Assembly: GCF_026626585.1 (NCBI RefSeq)
Contig: NZ_JAPNKD010000018.1
Span: 267,718-318,520, forward strand
DNA: 50,803 nucleotides
Reading direction: 5' to 3'
From: Nannocystis sp. ILAH1
Lineage (GTDB): Bacteria; Myxococcota_A; Polyangia; Nannocystales; Nannocystaceae
Part shown: one piece after another, positions 30,580 to 40,028 of the stretch
Layout: every line of letters begins with the position of its first letter
Numbering within the stretch: position 1 is the first letter of the stretch
The notes under the pieces: model-generated
The model's input: only the letters and a program-made list of their open reading frames with translations
Database searches by the model: none
Told to the model about the DNA's origin: nothing
Made by a program: the position numbers and the translations under genes

Positions 30580-31462
30580 CAGAATCCCCTCCAGCGCAGC
30601 CACCGGCGCAGCAGCGGCGGCCCGACGTAAGATAAGAATAGAGGAGCAGGGCGAGGTAGAGGAGGGCGAGGACGAGGAGCACGACCTCGTGGACGAACGG
30701 CCGCAGGAGGATGAGGCCAAACACCGCCACGGCCCACAGGACCGCGCTGGCGACCCACCCTCCGCGGAGGATCGGCCACAGCGGGAGCATCGACCAGTGG
30801 CTGGCGAGTCGCAGCTCGATCACCGCGTCGACCAGCCGGGGATTGTCGGGGCTCGTGCGCAGCAATTGGCGGCCGATCTCGAGTGCCTGCCGGGGATGAC
30901 CGCGCTCGCTGAGCACGAGCATCGCCGTCCACGCCACGTGCGCGGCCTCGGGGTCGGCGGCGACCAGCCGCGCGAGGCGGTCGGCGGCGGCTCGATCGTC
31001 GCCCTGGATCACGTGCAGGACGGCGTCGAGCACCTGCGCGGCCGCGTCGTCGGGAGCGCAGCGCAGGGCCTCGGCGACCAGGGCGCGGGCCTTGTCGAGC
31101 TGAAAGACGTGGAGGAGCAGCCGGGCGTAGTCGGTGAGGGCGTCCGGATCGGCCGGGTCGTCGCGCAGCCGCTCGAGCACGACGGCCTCGGCTTCGGCGT
31201 GGCGCTTGTCGGCGAGCAGGATGTCGAACAGGAGCGAGCGGGCGCCGTCGTGCCCGGGCGCCCGCGCGAGCGCCTCGTGGGCGCGCCGCTCGGCCTCTGC
31301 GCGCTGCTGCTGCGCGAGCTCGACGCGGCCCGCGAGGCAGAGGGTGTCCGGATCGGCAGGGTCGAGCGCGAGCGCCTCGCCGACCAATGCCCGCGCGCCA
31401 TGCGGCCGCCGGACCTCGAGCAGCCTGCCGATCTGGTGCTGGAGGCCGTGCAGCTCGCTCAT
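30224..31462 (-). CDS. TPR-repeat protein with C-terminal transmembrane helices; 3' end uncertain
   Basis: Frame of ORF 30224..31531. ATG 31462 (MSELHGLQHQ...). TPR-like helices are followed by transmembrane helices (VASAVLWAVAVFGLILL...VVLLVLALLYLALLLYSYL). After about 30580 this frame reads Arg/Gly-rich noise and overlaps the AAA+ gene, so the true stop is probably near 30580 and hidden by a frameshift. Confidence 0.55.
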   Translation of the reverse strand: MSELHGLQHQIGRLLEVRRPHGARALVGEALALDPADPDTLCLAGRVELAQQQRAEAERRAHEALARAPGHDGARSLLFDILLADKRHAEAEAVVLERLRDDPADPDALTDYARLLLHVFQLDKARALVAEALRCAPDDAAAQVLDAVLHVIQGDDRAAADRLARLVAADPEAAHVAWTAMLVLSERGHPRQALEIGRQLLRTSPDNPRLVDAVIELRLASHWSMLPLWPILRGGWVASAVLWAVAVFGLILLRPFVHEVVLLVLALLYLALLLYSYLTSGRRCCAGGCAGGDSDDQEPPRARAGARRRSLRPRHPQGVRACARGRRSSGGRVASMGVGLPTTARLGCGVPRGHALPSRARGPRARRGLPAGGRGQAGFLARDQAGAARPGLAGPHGRRSSRCARPRSASTT

Positions 31463-31698
31463 AGCGCCTTGAAGATCACCACGAGCGCCATCACGGCAGC
31501 GAACGAGACCACCCAGCCGACGAGCATCCACATCAGCGCCTCGCGCCAGCCCGGGAGGTGCGCGTCCTGCAGCCGCGCGGCCCGGTACTCGTCGCGCATG
31601 CGGAAGTACAGGCCGGCCCAGATGAGGAGGGCGACGAGACGGCCGGCGTAGCGAACGTACTGAGTCGGCTTGAACTCCGCGGGTAGACCGGAGAGCAC
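31459..31698 (-). CDS. small membrane protein (2 TM helices)
   Basis: ORF 31459..31698. Its stop overlaps the next gene's ATG (ATGA). Confidence 0.5.
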   Translation of the reverse strand: MLSGLPAEFKPTQYVRYAGRLVALLIWAGLYFRMRDEYRAARLQDAHLPGWREALMWMLVGWVVSFAAVMALVVIFKAL

Positions 31699-31842
31699 TT
31701 CGGGGTGGACCGCCGCGTAAGCGCGGGCAAGGCGCGTGGTCGCTGTTCGGCCGCAGGCGGCGGAGTTTCGGCCGCCTGGGCGGCGCCGCGATCGACCCGC
31801 CGAGCGGTGGCGTTGCGCGGGCTCGGCGTTGCGAATGGGCGA

Positions 31843-33288
31843 TCAGCCCGGCGGGGGGGTGACGCTCTTGAGCTGGCCGCCCGTCATGTCGCTATATACA
31901 TAGTGGTCGCCGGCGACGGGGATGTTCTGCATGGCTGGGACGTTGAGCGGGTCGATCTTCCAGGCCCAGCCGGCCTGGTCGACCAGCCACACGAAGCCGT
32001 CGACGTCGACGCTGACGCCGATCGGGGTCGAGCACTGGGCGAGGGTGTGCTGCGCGACGAGCGTGCGGGTGGGGACGTCGATCTCGACGAGGCCGCACGG
32101 GCTGTTGGAGGCGACCCAGGCGTGGTCGTCGTGGTCGATGGCCATGCCGCGGTGGCAGGCGTTGGTGCCGGCGACCGAGATCCACTGGTTGGTGGCGACG
32201 TCGTAGGTCGAGACCGGGCCGGAGCAGCCGGCGAGCCACGGGTTGCCGTTGCGGTCGACGGTCATGCCATAGGACTGGATGTTGGAGGGCTGGGGGATCC
32301 GGGTGAGGGTGATCGGGTTCTCGTTGGCGTTGACGCGCGCGAGCTCGCCGCGCAAGCCGGTGAACCAGGCGTTGCCCAGCGGGTCGAGGGCGCCGCCGTA
32401 AGGGGCGTAGCCGCTGCCGTTCCACGCGACGGCCTCGAGCGACTGCTCCATCACGCCGGTGGCGCCGTCGAGCCGGACCATGTTGGCAGAGCCGGCCTGG
32501 AGGGCGCCGAAGCCGAGCCAGACCTTCTGGTTCTTGTACGTGCAGGTGGCCTTGTCGTAGTCGCCGATGGTCCAGGTGATGCCGCGCGGACCCTCGATGT
32601 ACTGGCCCGACCAGTTGGCGTGGACGAGGGTCCACACGACGCACTCGTCGGTGCCCCACGGCTTGATGTCGGCGACGCTGGTGGAGGTGGTGATCTGGCC
32701 GTCGCCGTTGAAGTCGATGCAATCGGCGATGTTGGCGGCGACGGCGGTGGAACGCCCGGTGCCGCGCGCGTTGACGACGACGAACCGACCGTCGCCGGAG
32801 ACGGCGGTGCGCGAGACGCTCTCGGTTCCGCCGCTCGGACCGGTGAGGTAGCGCGCCTCCTCGACCATCGTGCGGGTGTTGATCTTGGAGACGAGGCCGT
32901 CGCTGGTGGCGGGGATCCAGATGAAGCTCTCGTCGATGTCCATGTCGCCCCCGCAGCCCATGCCGCCGTCAGGCGTGACGCCGAGGTCGAACTTGGGGCC
33001 GCCGTTGGTGGTCGGACTCGACATCGAACCGTTGGTGGTGGTCGGCGGGTCGCCGGTGGCGCCCTCGGTCTGACCGACGGTGCCGTCGGTGCCCTCGCTG
33101 GCGCTCATCGAACCGCCCTGCGTGGGGTCCGTCATCGTGGTCTCGGGCGGCAGGGTGAGGCTGCCGATGCTGGTCGCCACGGTGGTCGGAGCCGTGGCGC
33201 TGGCCGAGTCGGCGCGCCCGCTGTCACCGCAGGCGACGAGGAGACCAGCGACGGCCATGGATGCGACCGGAAAACGAGGGGAGACCAT
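31843..33288 (-). CDS. secreted lipoprotein with repeated beta-propeller-like segments
   Basis: ORF 31843..33288. Signal MVSPRFPVASMAVAGLLVAC. A Thr/Gly-rich linker is followed by repeats of the D-G / N-G-x-W type. Confidence 0.75.
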   Translation of the reverse strand: MVSPRFPVASMAVAGLLVACGDSGRADSASATAPTTVATSIGSLTLPPETTMTDPTQGGSMSASEGTDGTVGQTEGATGDPPTTTNGSMSSPTTNGGPKFDLGVTPDGGMGCGGDMDIDESFIWIPATSDGLVSKINTRTMVEEARYLTGPSGGTESVSRTAVSGDGRFVVVNARGTGRSTAVAANIADCIDFNGDGQITTSTSVADIKPWGTDECVVWTLVHANWSGQYIEGPRGITWTIGDYDKATCTYKNQKVWLGFGALQAGSANMVRLDGATGVMEQSLEAVAWNGSGYAPYGGALDPLGNAWFTGLRGELARVNANENPITLTRIPQPSNIQSYGMTVDRNGNPWLAGCSGPVSTYDVATNQWISVAGTNACHRGMAIDHDDHAWVASNSPCGLVEIDVPTRTLVAQHTLAQCSTPIGVSVDVDGFVWLVDQAGWAWKIDPLNVPAMQNIPVAGDHYVYSDMTGGQLKSVTPPPG

Positions 33289-33858
33289 GGGGCGATGAAC
33301 GCACGATCACCCTCATGAGGGCAAGTACCCGACCGAAGCGATCGGGACGGGGATGTTCGGATCCATCGTCGGGGGAGCGCCGAGGGGCTTCGCATGCGGG
33401 GGTCCGATGTCGCGTCGACGACGCGCTCGCTACGAGCATGTGTCCGGCACGAGGAACGAGACGAGAGGCGGGGTCGCGAGGCGACGGGCGCCATGCGAAT
33501 GCGCGGAGGCCGGGGGGGCGGGCGAATGCGAGGAGAGGCCGCGAGAGAGCGACAGGAGGACTTGTGGCGAGGTTCGCGGAGAGTCCGGGCGGCAGTGGTG
33601 ATTGCAGGGAGGGCGGAGGGTCGATGCATTGCGAACCGGCGCGGGGGACCGGCGTCGGGGGCGCGGCCGGACGCGGGGATCTCCGCAGGGGCTGCCCGCC
33701 GGCGTGGGTCGCGCGCAGGGCGAGGACCCAGGCGTCGCACGGGGGCATGGCGGAGCCGGACGACCCGGGAGCCGCCGCCGGGCAGGGGATCCTCCGCGCG
33801 GCTCAGGTCCGCGGGCGGCTGCAGGGGCGTGCATTTCGGGCGCGGCGCCGCGGGCGGG

Positions 33859-35508
33859 ATGGGTATCATCGCGCCGATGTCGAGCTCTCGCCGCTCCTTC
33901 CTCGCGCTCACGGGGCTCTGTGGGGCCGAGGCGCTGCTCCACGGCTCGCGCGCGGCGTGGGCCGGTCCGGCGCCGAGCCGGATCCCGGCGCCGAAGTCGG
34001 CGCCCGCGAGCGCAGACGCGGGCATGGCCCTGCTGGCCGCGAGCCGCTTGCTGGCCGACGAGTCGCTGCTGCGCACCGCGCTCGCGGCGGCGACGAAGGC
34101 CGGGGCGAGCTACGCCGACGCGCGCCTGGTGCTGATGCGTCGCGAGCGGGTCGGGGTGCGCGACGACCACGTGAGCGGGATCGGTCGCAGCGAGGACTAC
34201 GGGGTCGGTCTGCGGGTGATCGCGGACGGCGGCTGGGGCTTCGCGGCGACGGCGGAGCGCAGCGCGAAGGCGGTCGAGGGGATCGCCAAGGCGGCGGTGG
34301 CGATGGCTCGCCAGAGCGCGCTGCTGATGCCGCAGCCGGTGACTCTGGCGCCGGCGCCGGTGCTGCAGGGCGGCTGGGTGTCGCCGTTCCAGGTCGACCC
34401 GTTCTCGATCGCGCCGGCCGAGAAGGCGGAGCTGCTGCTGGCGGCGGCCCGCGCGGCGCTGGCGGTGCCCGGGGTGGCCCACGTGGACGCGAACGTGGCG
34501 TGCGTGCGCGAGGAGAAGCTGGTGATGACGAGCGAGGGCTCGCGGGTCCACCAGATCTTCTTCCGCGTGATTCCCGGGCTGACCGCGACGGCGATCGATC
34601 GCCGGCGCGGTCGCTTCGCGGGGCGTGATCACGAGGTGGCGCCGATGCTGGCCGGCTGGGAGCACGTGACCGCGGCGGACCTGGTCGGCAGCGCGCCGAA
34701 GATCGCCGAGGAGGCGCTGCAGAAGCTGCACGCGGCGCCGGCGGTGCCGGGCAAAAAGCACGCGATCCTGGCGCCGTCGAACCTGTGGCTGACGATCCAC
34801 GAGAGCATCGGCCACTCGACGGAGCTCGACCGGGCGCTCGGCTACGAGGCGAACTACGCCGGCACGAGCTTCCTCGGGCCCGACAGGGCGGGCAAGGTCA
34901 AGATCGGCAGCGAGATCGTGAACCTCGCGGCCGATCGCACGCAGCCGGGCGGTCTGGCGACGACCGCGTGGGACGACGAGGCGGTGGCGTCGCAGCGCTG
35001 GGACCTGGTGAAGAAGGGGACGTTCGTCGGCTGGCAGACGACGCGCGACCTGGCGGCGGCGGCCGGCGAGCAGGCGAGCCGCGGCTGCAGCTACGCCGAC
35101 AGCTACGCGAGCGTGCCGTTCCAGCGCATGCCGAACGTGAGCCTGCAGCCGGGTACCGAGGGCTACACGACGGAGGACCTGATCTCGGCGACCGACGACG
35201 GGGTGCTGATCACGGGCCGCGGCAGCTGGTCGATCGATCAGCAGCGCTACAACTTCCAGTTCTCGGGCCAGTTCTTCTGGGAGATCAAGAACGGGCGGTT
35301 GACGCGGCCGCTGCGAGACGTGGCCTATCAGGCCAACACGGTCGAATTCTGGAGCTCGTGTGACATGCTCGGAGGGACAGACACGTACCGCCTCGGCGGC
35401 AGCATGAGCGACGGCAAGGGCGAGCCGTCGCAGAGCAACGCGGTCAGCCACGGGTGCCCGCCGGCGCGCTTCGTCGTCAACATCCTCAACACCGGGGGGG
35501 ACAAGTGA
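33859..35508 (+). CDS. tldD: TldD-family metallopeptidase with twin-arginine (Tat) signal peptide
   Basis: Frame of ORF 33394..35508. ATG 33859 (MGIIAPMSSSRRSFLALTGLCGAEALLHGSRAAWA). An HESIGH zinc motif is present. The C-terminal motifs CDMLGG and GGSMSDGKGE resemble TldD-family proteins as I recall them. Confidence 0.85.
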   Translation: MGIIAPMSSSRRSFLALTGLCGAEALLHGSRAAWAGPAPSRIPAPKSAPASADAGMALLAASRLLADESLLRTALAAATKAGASYADARLVLMRRERVGVRDDHVSGIGRSEDYGVGLRVIADGGWGFAATAERSAKAVEGIAKAAVAMARQSALLMPQPVTLAPAPVLQGGWVSPFQVDPFSIAPAEKAELLLAAARAALAVPGVAHVDANVACVREEKLVMTSEGSRVHQIFFRVIPGLTATAIDRRRGRFAGRDHEVAPMLAGWEHVTAADLVGSAPKIAEEALQKLHAAPAVPGKKHAILAPSNLWLTIHESIGHSTELDRALGYEANYAGTSFLGPDRAGKVKIGSEIVNLAADRTQPGGLATTAWDDEAVASQRWDLVKKGTFVGWQTTRDLAAAAGEQASRGCSYADSYASVPFQRMPNVSLQPGTEGYTTEDLISATDDGVLITGRGSWSIDQQRYNFQFSGQFFWEIKNGRLTRPLRDVAYQANTVEFWSSCDMLGGTDTYRLGGSMSDGKGEPSQSNAVSHGCPPARFVVNILNTGGDK

Positions 35509-36854
35509 GCGCGCAGTCTCCTTTGAGCCCGGCCGAGGCGCGGGCGCTGGTCAAGTCGGCGCTGGCCGCCGCGAGCTTCGAAGACGTGAGCCTGCGAGTG
35601 ACCGCGCGGCGCACTGCGTACCTGCGGTTCGCCGCGGGCGCGCCGACGACGTCCGGCGAGGCGGCGCGCTTCGAGGTGTCGGTGACTGCGGCGAAGGACG
35701 GGCGGGTGGCGACGGTGTCAGGCACCGGGCGCGACGCGGCGTCGCTGCAGGCGCTGGTGCGCGAGGCGGAGGCGCTGGCCAAGCTGGCGCCGAAGGACCC
35801 GGAGCACGAGCCGCCGCTGGGGCCGCAGCAGTACGCGAAGGTGGCGGCCCGCGACGCGAAGACGGCGGAGGTCGGGCCCGAGGGGCGCACCGAGGTGGTG
35901 GCGCGGGTGCTGAAGGTGGCGCGCGAGGCCAAGCTGGTGGCTTCGGGGATCGTCGAGCACGAGGACGGGGTGACTGTCCTGGCCAATCGGACAGGTCTGT
36001 TCGCGCTCCACGCGGCGACCGAGGCGTCGCTGACGACGACGATGCGCACGCCCGACGGCAAGGGCAGCGGCTGGGCCGGCGGCGCGTCACACCGCCTGGC
36101 CGAGCTCGACGCGCCGGCGCTGGCGCGGCGAGCGGCCGACAAGGCGACGATGTCGAGCCAGGGCGCGGACGCGCTGGCGCCGGGGGCGTACACCGTGGTG
36201 CTCGAGGCGCAGGCGGTGGCCGACCTGCTCGGCTTCCTGGTGTCGGCGCTGCAGGCCCGCGCGGCCGACGAGGGCCGCAGCTTCTTCAGCCGCCCCGGCG
36301 GCAACGCGATCGGCGAGGCGCTGTTCGACCCGCGGGTGACGCTGCGCTCCGACCCGACCGACCCGCGCTGGCCGTCGATCCCGTTCGCGGGCGACGGGCT
36401 GCCGCTGCCGGCGACGACGTGGATCGACCGCGGGACGCTGAAGGCGCTGGCCTACAGCCGGTTCTGGGCCCACAAGCAGAGCAAGCCGCCGCTGCCGGGG
36501 CCGCGCTCGATCTTCCTCGCGCCCGCCGACCCGGCCGAGGGCAAGGACCTGCTCGAGCTGGTCCGCGGGGTCGAGCGCGGGGTGCTGGTGACGCGCTTCT
36601 TCTACAACCGCATGCTCGACCCGCGGCAGATCCTGGCGACCGGGCTGACGCGCGACGGCACGTTCCTCATCGAGCAGGGGAAGATCGCGCGGCCGGTCAA
36701 GAACATGCGCTACAACGAGAGCCCGGCGGCGCTGCTGAAGAACCTGGTGGCGATCGGCAAGCCCGAGCGCACGGCCGACGACGGGATGGTCGCGGTGGTG
36801 CCGCCGCTGGTGGCGAAGGACTTCCACTTCGCCAGCGTCAGCGACGCGGTGTGA
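35505..36854 (+). CDS. PmbA/TldE-family peptidase partner
   Basis: Frame of ORF 35454..36854. GTG 35505 overlaps the tldD stop (GTGA). It has the TldD/PmbA fold without the HExxxH motif. Confidence 0.8.
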   Translation: MSAQSPLSPAEARALVKSALAAASFEDVSLRVTARRTAYLRFAAGAPTTSGEAARFEVSVTAAKDGRVATVSGTGRDAASLQALVREAEALAKLAPKDPEHEPPLGPQQYAKVAARDAKTAEVGPEGRTEVVARVLKVAREAKLVASGIVEHEDGVTVLANRTGLFALHAATEASLTTTMRTPDGKGSGWAGGASHRLAELDAPALARRAADKATMSSQGADALAPGAYTVVLEAQAVADLLGFLVSALQARAADEGRSFFSRPGGNAIGEALFDPRVTLRSDPTDPRWPSIPFAGDGLPLPATTWIDRGTLKALAYSRFWAHKQSKPPLPGPRSIFLAPADPAEGKDLLELVRGVERGVLVTRFFYNRMLDPRQILATGLTRDGTFLIEQGKIARPVKNMRYNESPAALLKNLVAIGKPERTADDGMVAVVPPLVAKDFHFASVSDAV

Positions 36855-36873
36855 GGCGTTCTGGATGGCCTCG

Positions 36874-36926
36874 GCGACATGTCGTCGGGGACATGTCTGC
36901 CAGGACATGGCCGAGAGGGCATGCTC
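36874..36926 (+). repeat. array 9 of the GGRCATGYY repeat family (4 units, 14-bp phase)
   Basis: CATG cores at 36878, 36892, 36906 and 36920 (ggcgacatgtcg, ggggacatgtct, caggacatggcc, gagggcatgctc). Confidence 0.7.
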
Positions 36927-36972
36927 CGAGAGACCGGTGACGGGCGGCCGCCGGTGAGGTACTCTGGGCGGG

Positions 36973-38193
36973 ATGGTCGTCGCCGCGCTGGTCTCGGTCG
37001 CCCTGCTGCTGCAGCCGCCGGTGGGTCTCGAGGCGCCGGAGTCCTGTCCGGAGGGGGCGACGATGTGCGCGGGCGGCTGCATGCCGGCGGGGGAGCCGTG
37101 CCCGCCGCCCAGGGTGCCGCGGCCCGATGTCACCGTGTCGCCGCCGACGCCCACCGACGAGGAGATGGCGGCGAAGATCCAGGCGGCGTGGGGCTGCGAC
37201 GAGAGCGACGCGCAGCTGGCCCGGCGCAAGCTGAAGTGGCTCGCGGCGTTCGGGCTGCCGGGGCTCGCGCTCGCGGCCGGAGGGGTGGCCGCGGCGGTGA
37301 CGATGCGCGAGCCGGTGAGCCCGCGCGAGGACGCCGAGCTGCGCCTGACCCGTCAGGGCCTAGGGGGGAGCGTGTCGCTGCTCCGTCAGTCCGGGGCGCA
37401 GGCGCGGGCCCGGCAGCACGAGCGGCGCCGCGGGCGGCGCGATGCGGACCACCTGCAGCGTGGCGTACGCTCCTTCACCGTCTTGCAGCCGCGTCCCGGT
37501 CCGGAGCGCGCCGAGGACCTGCTCCGGCGAGGCGTCCGGGCCGACGTCGATCTGCACCCAGCGCGTGCCGTCGGCCTGGACGTCGCCGCAGGCGATCCGC
37601 AGGCCCGGCTCCGCCAGGAAGGGGGCGAGCGCCCGTTCGAGCAGCGCCGGCGTCGCAGTCAGGGCGCGCAGGGAGGCGACGCACAGCAGCGCCATCTCGG
37701 CCGTCGACACCTCCGCGCGATCCTCGGCGAGGGCGCGGGCGCGGGCGAGCAGGTGCTCCACGTCGCAGGGCTGCTGCACCCCCGAGAAGGCGGGAAAGGG
37801 GATATCGGGCGCAGGCACGGGCGGCGGAAGCGGCCACAGCTCGTACAGCGGCGCGCCCGGCTGCAGCTCGTCGTCGTCCGTCGCGAACAGTCGCCCGATC
37901 ACGCCTGCGCGCGGGGCGGTCAGCTCGGCGACGATCTTGGACAGCTCGACCTCGAGGATCGGGTCCTCGGCCGCGACGACGTCGCCGGTGCGCCGGACAA
38001 ACCGGACCCGGCCCGAAGAGTCGTCCTCGAGCGCCGGCAGGCGCACGAGCAGCGGGGGGTCCTCAGGGTCTTGCGTCACGTCCTGGCTCCGAGGTTGCGA
38101 GCGCCATCGTCACCGCTGGCAGGATGTCCTCCGCCGCGCCGGGGACGTGATGCACGAGCACCGCCGCGGCCAGGCGCGACGGCCGGCGCTTGA
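36973..38193 (+). CDS. putative small secreted Cys-rich protein; only the first ~140 codons look coding, true 3' end unknown
   Basis: ORF 36973..38193. It has a signal-like N-terminus (MVVAALVSVALLLQPPVGLEA) and one transmembrane-like segment. Beyond about 37400 it reads Arg-rich noise and is fully overlapped by the well-supported minus-strand gene 37360..38079. Confidence 0.3.
   Translation: MVVAALVSVALLLQPPVGLEAPESCPEGATMCAGGCMPAGEPCPPPRVPRPDVTVSPPTPTDEEMAAKIQAAWGCDESDAQLARRKLKWLAAFGLPGLALAAGGVAAAVTMREPVSPREDAELRLTRQGLGGSVSLLRQSGAQARARQHERRRGRRDADHLQRGVRSFTVLQPRPGPERAEDLLRRGVRADVDLHPARAVGLDVAAGDPQARLRQEGGERPFEQRRRRSQGAQGGDAQQRHLGRRHLRAILGEGAGAGEQVLHVAGLLHPREGGKGDIGRRHGRRKRPQLVQRRARLQLVVVRREQSPDHACARGGQLGDDLGQLDLEDRVLGRDDVAGAPDKPDPARRVVLERRQAHEQRGVLRVLRHVLAPRLRAPSSPLAGCPPPRRGRDARAPPRPGATAGA
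37360..38079 (-). CDS. biotin/lipoyl-attachment-domain protein with a C-terminal extension
   Basis: ORF 37360..38079. The N-terminal ~80 aa has the lipoyl/biotinyl-domain signature ...PILEVELSKIVAELTAPRAGVIGRLF...GAPLYEL, with a candidate modified Lys in ELSKIV. Confidence 0.7.
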   Translation of the reverse strand: MTQDPEDPPLLVRLPALEDDSSGRVRFVRRTGDVVAAEDPILEVELSKIVAELTAPRAGVIGRLFATDDDELQPGAPLYELWPLPPPVPAPDIPFPAFSGVQQPCDVEHLLARARALAEDRAEVSTAEMALLCVASLRALTATPALLERALAPFLAEPGLRIACGDVQADGTRWVQIDVGPDASPEQVLGALRTGTRLQDGEGAYATLQVVRIAPPAAPLVLPGPRLRPGLTEQRHAPP

Positions 38194-39361
38194 GCTCGAC
38201 GATCCGCGCCCCGGCTCGCGCGGCCACCAGCGGCAGCTCGCGCGCCGGCGAGACATCCATGGCGCAGCCGATCACGAGCAGGAGATCGGCTGCGGCTGCG
38301 TGGGCTCGCGCGGACGCCATCGCCGCGGCCGGGACCTGCTCCCCGAACAGCACCACCTCGGGGCGGAGCACGCCGCCGCAGGTGCAGCGCGGGGGCAGCG
38401 GTCGGCCGGAGGCCGCGAGCGCCTGCGCTGACGCCTCGCCGGAGCGCCCGCAGTCGAGGCAGCGTGTCCGCGACAGACTGCCGTGCAGCTCGATCACCGG
38501 CGTCGATCGCCCGGCGGCGGCGGCGGCGGCCTGGTGCAGCTCGTCGACGTTCTGCGTGACGATCGCAGCGAGGTTGGGCAGGCGCGCGAGCGCCTGATGG
38601 CCAGCGTTTGCGGGGTGCGGCCGATCGCCCCAGAACGCGCGGATCACCGACCACAGCGTCGCAGGATCGTCGCGGAAGCGGGCCATGCTGACGGCGTCGT
38701 CGCGTGTGAAGCGCTGCCACAATTGCTTGCGGGTCTCCAGCCCGCTCGCCGCCGACATGCCAGCGCCGGTCAGCGCGACGATCCGCGACGACGTGCGGAG
38801 CGCCGCGACGAGGTCCGCGAGCGACCAGGTCACGCGCCCACGCTCCCGCGGAGGGCCCGCCGGCAGCTCCGCCGGAGCTCGCGGACAAGGCAGGGGCGTC
38901 GCGCAGCGCGACCACGCGAGCGCAGGGCCGGCCTCGTCGAGCTCCCGCGCCTGCTGGAACGCCTGCAGCCATTGCAGGTCGGCGAGCGGCGGCGAGGCGT
39001 CGGGGGACGTCGCCGCCGCGAAGTGGGCGCGCGCAGTCGCGGGCTGCCCTCGTTGTACGAGGTTGACGGCCAGGGCCGCGTGCGCCGCGGCGTCGCGTGG
39101 AGCGAGCGCCAGAGCCCGACGATAGCGCGACGCGGCTCGCTCGAGATCTCCACGCAGGTGGTCGATCGATCCGAGCAGCACCCATCCGCGCGGATCGGCG
39201 GGAGCCGCGGCGACTGCGGCCTCTGCAATTTCCGTGGCCGCCGCGAGCTCGCCGCGCGCGCGCGCGGCCGCGGCTCGTTCGCCGGATGACGCCTCCACGC
39301 CCGCGATTATCGCTGCGTGGCAGTGGGCGTACAAGTTGCTCGGCATCGGGCTCGCTCGCAC
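38063..39361 (-). CDS. SIR2-family NAD-dependent protein deacylase/ADP-ribosyltransferase (sirtuin) with N-terminal TPR-like region
   Basis: ORF 38063..39361. Sirtuin motifs are present: LTGAGMSAASGL, TQNVDELH, LHGSL, the Zn ribbon CLDCG...CTCGGVLRPEVVLFGE, and LLVIGCAMDVSPA. The N-terminal ~150 aa is TPR-like. Confidence 0.85.
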   Translation of the reverse strand: MRASPMPSNLYAHCHAAIIAGVEASSGERAAAARARGELAAATEIAEAAVAAAPADPRGWVLLGSIDHLRGDLERAASRYRRALALAPRDAAAHAALAVNLVQRGQPATARAHFAAATSPDASPPLADLQWLQAFQQARELDEAGPALAWSRCATPLPCPRAPAELPAGPPRERGRVTWSLADLVAALRTSSRIVALTGAGMSAASGLETRKQLWQRFTRDDAVSMARFRDDPATLWSVIRAFWGDRPHPANAGHQALARLPNLAAIVTQNVDELHQAAAAAAGRSTPVIELHGSLSRTRCLDCGRSGEASAQALAASGRPLPPRCTCGGVLRPEVVLFGEQVPAAAMASARAHAAAADLLLVIGCAMDVSPARELPLVAARAGARIVELKRRPSRLAAAVLVHHVPGAAEDILPAVTMALATSEPGRDARP

Positions 39362-39365
39362 CTGG

Positions 39366-40028
39366 TCAGGGCGGCGGCGGCAGGTCGTCTGCGGCCTCCT
39401 GGCGCAGCTTGGACCATATGCGCAGGAGCTCCGCGCTGCGCGGGTCGAGGCTGCCGCGGGCGCGTACCGCCGCCTCGACCACGACGATCCGCGCCACCAG
39501 GGCCGGCTGCACGTCGGCGGTCGGGAGGTCGCGCAGCGTGTTGGTCGCCGCCTCGATGAAGTCGATCGGCGCGACCTCCTGCATGAATGTGAGCACCGGC
39601 TCGACCGACTCCGCCTTCGGCACCGCGCTGATCATCTCGAGGAACGTGATCACCTTCCATTGCGGCCACAGGTCGCCGAACTTGAGGATCACCTCCCAGC
39701 ACAGCGGCAAGATCGCCGGCCCGTAGTCGTTGCGGGCCTTCATCCCGTACCGGGTCCAGATCCGCGAGATGCCGGTGACCTTCCTGCCCTCGGCGGCGAC
39801 GTTGACCTGATCGAGCTCCGCGAGCACCTGACGATACAGCGCCGCGTGCTCGCTCCAGCCGCGGACGATCGCCGCCAGCGTCCGCCACAGCCAGTCGGGG
39901 TCGCCGGCGTACGCCGGCAGGTAGGTCATCACCGCCGTCGGGTCGGCGAGCACCCGGTCACGCTGGTGCGTGTAGTCCTCGCCGTGAAGCCTCCGCAGCG
40001 CCGCGAACTCTGGCCATTTCTGCGTCAT
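39366..40028 (-). CDS. hypothetical protein (220 aa), between the deiminase and the sirtuin
   Basis: Lower part of ORF 39366..40202. ATG 40028 (MTQKWPEFAALRRLHGEDYTHQ...) overlaps the upstream gene's stop by 4 nt. Confidence 0.65.
   Translation of the reverse strand: MTQKWPEFAALRRLHGEDYTHQRDRVLADPTAVMTYLPAYAGDPDWLWRTLAAIVRGWSEHAALYRQVLAELDQVNVAAEGRKVTGISRIWTRYGMKARNDYGPAILPLCWEVILKFGDLWPQWKVITFLEMISAVPKAESVEPVLTFMQEVAPIDFIEAATNTLRDLPTADVQPALVARIVVVEAAVRARGSLDPRSAELLRIWSKLRQEAADDLPPPP

Noticed and set aside
30579-30932. 117-aa ORF ending in TGA overlapping the AAA+ ATG
   Set aside because: It reads Arg/Pro-rich noise. Only its last ~20 codons could matter, as the possible true C-terminus of the TPR gene after a frameshift.
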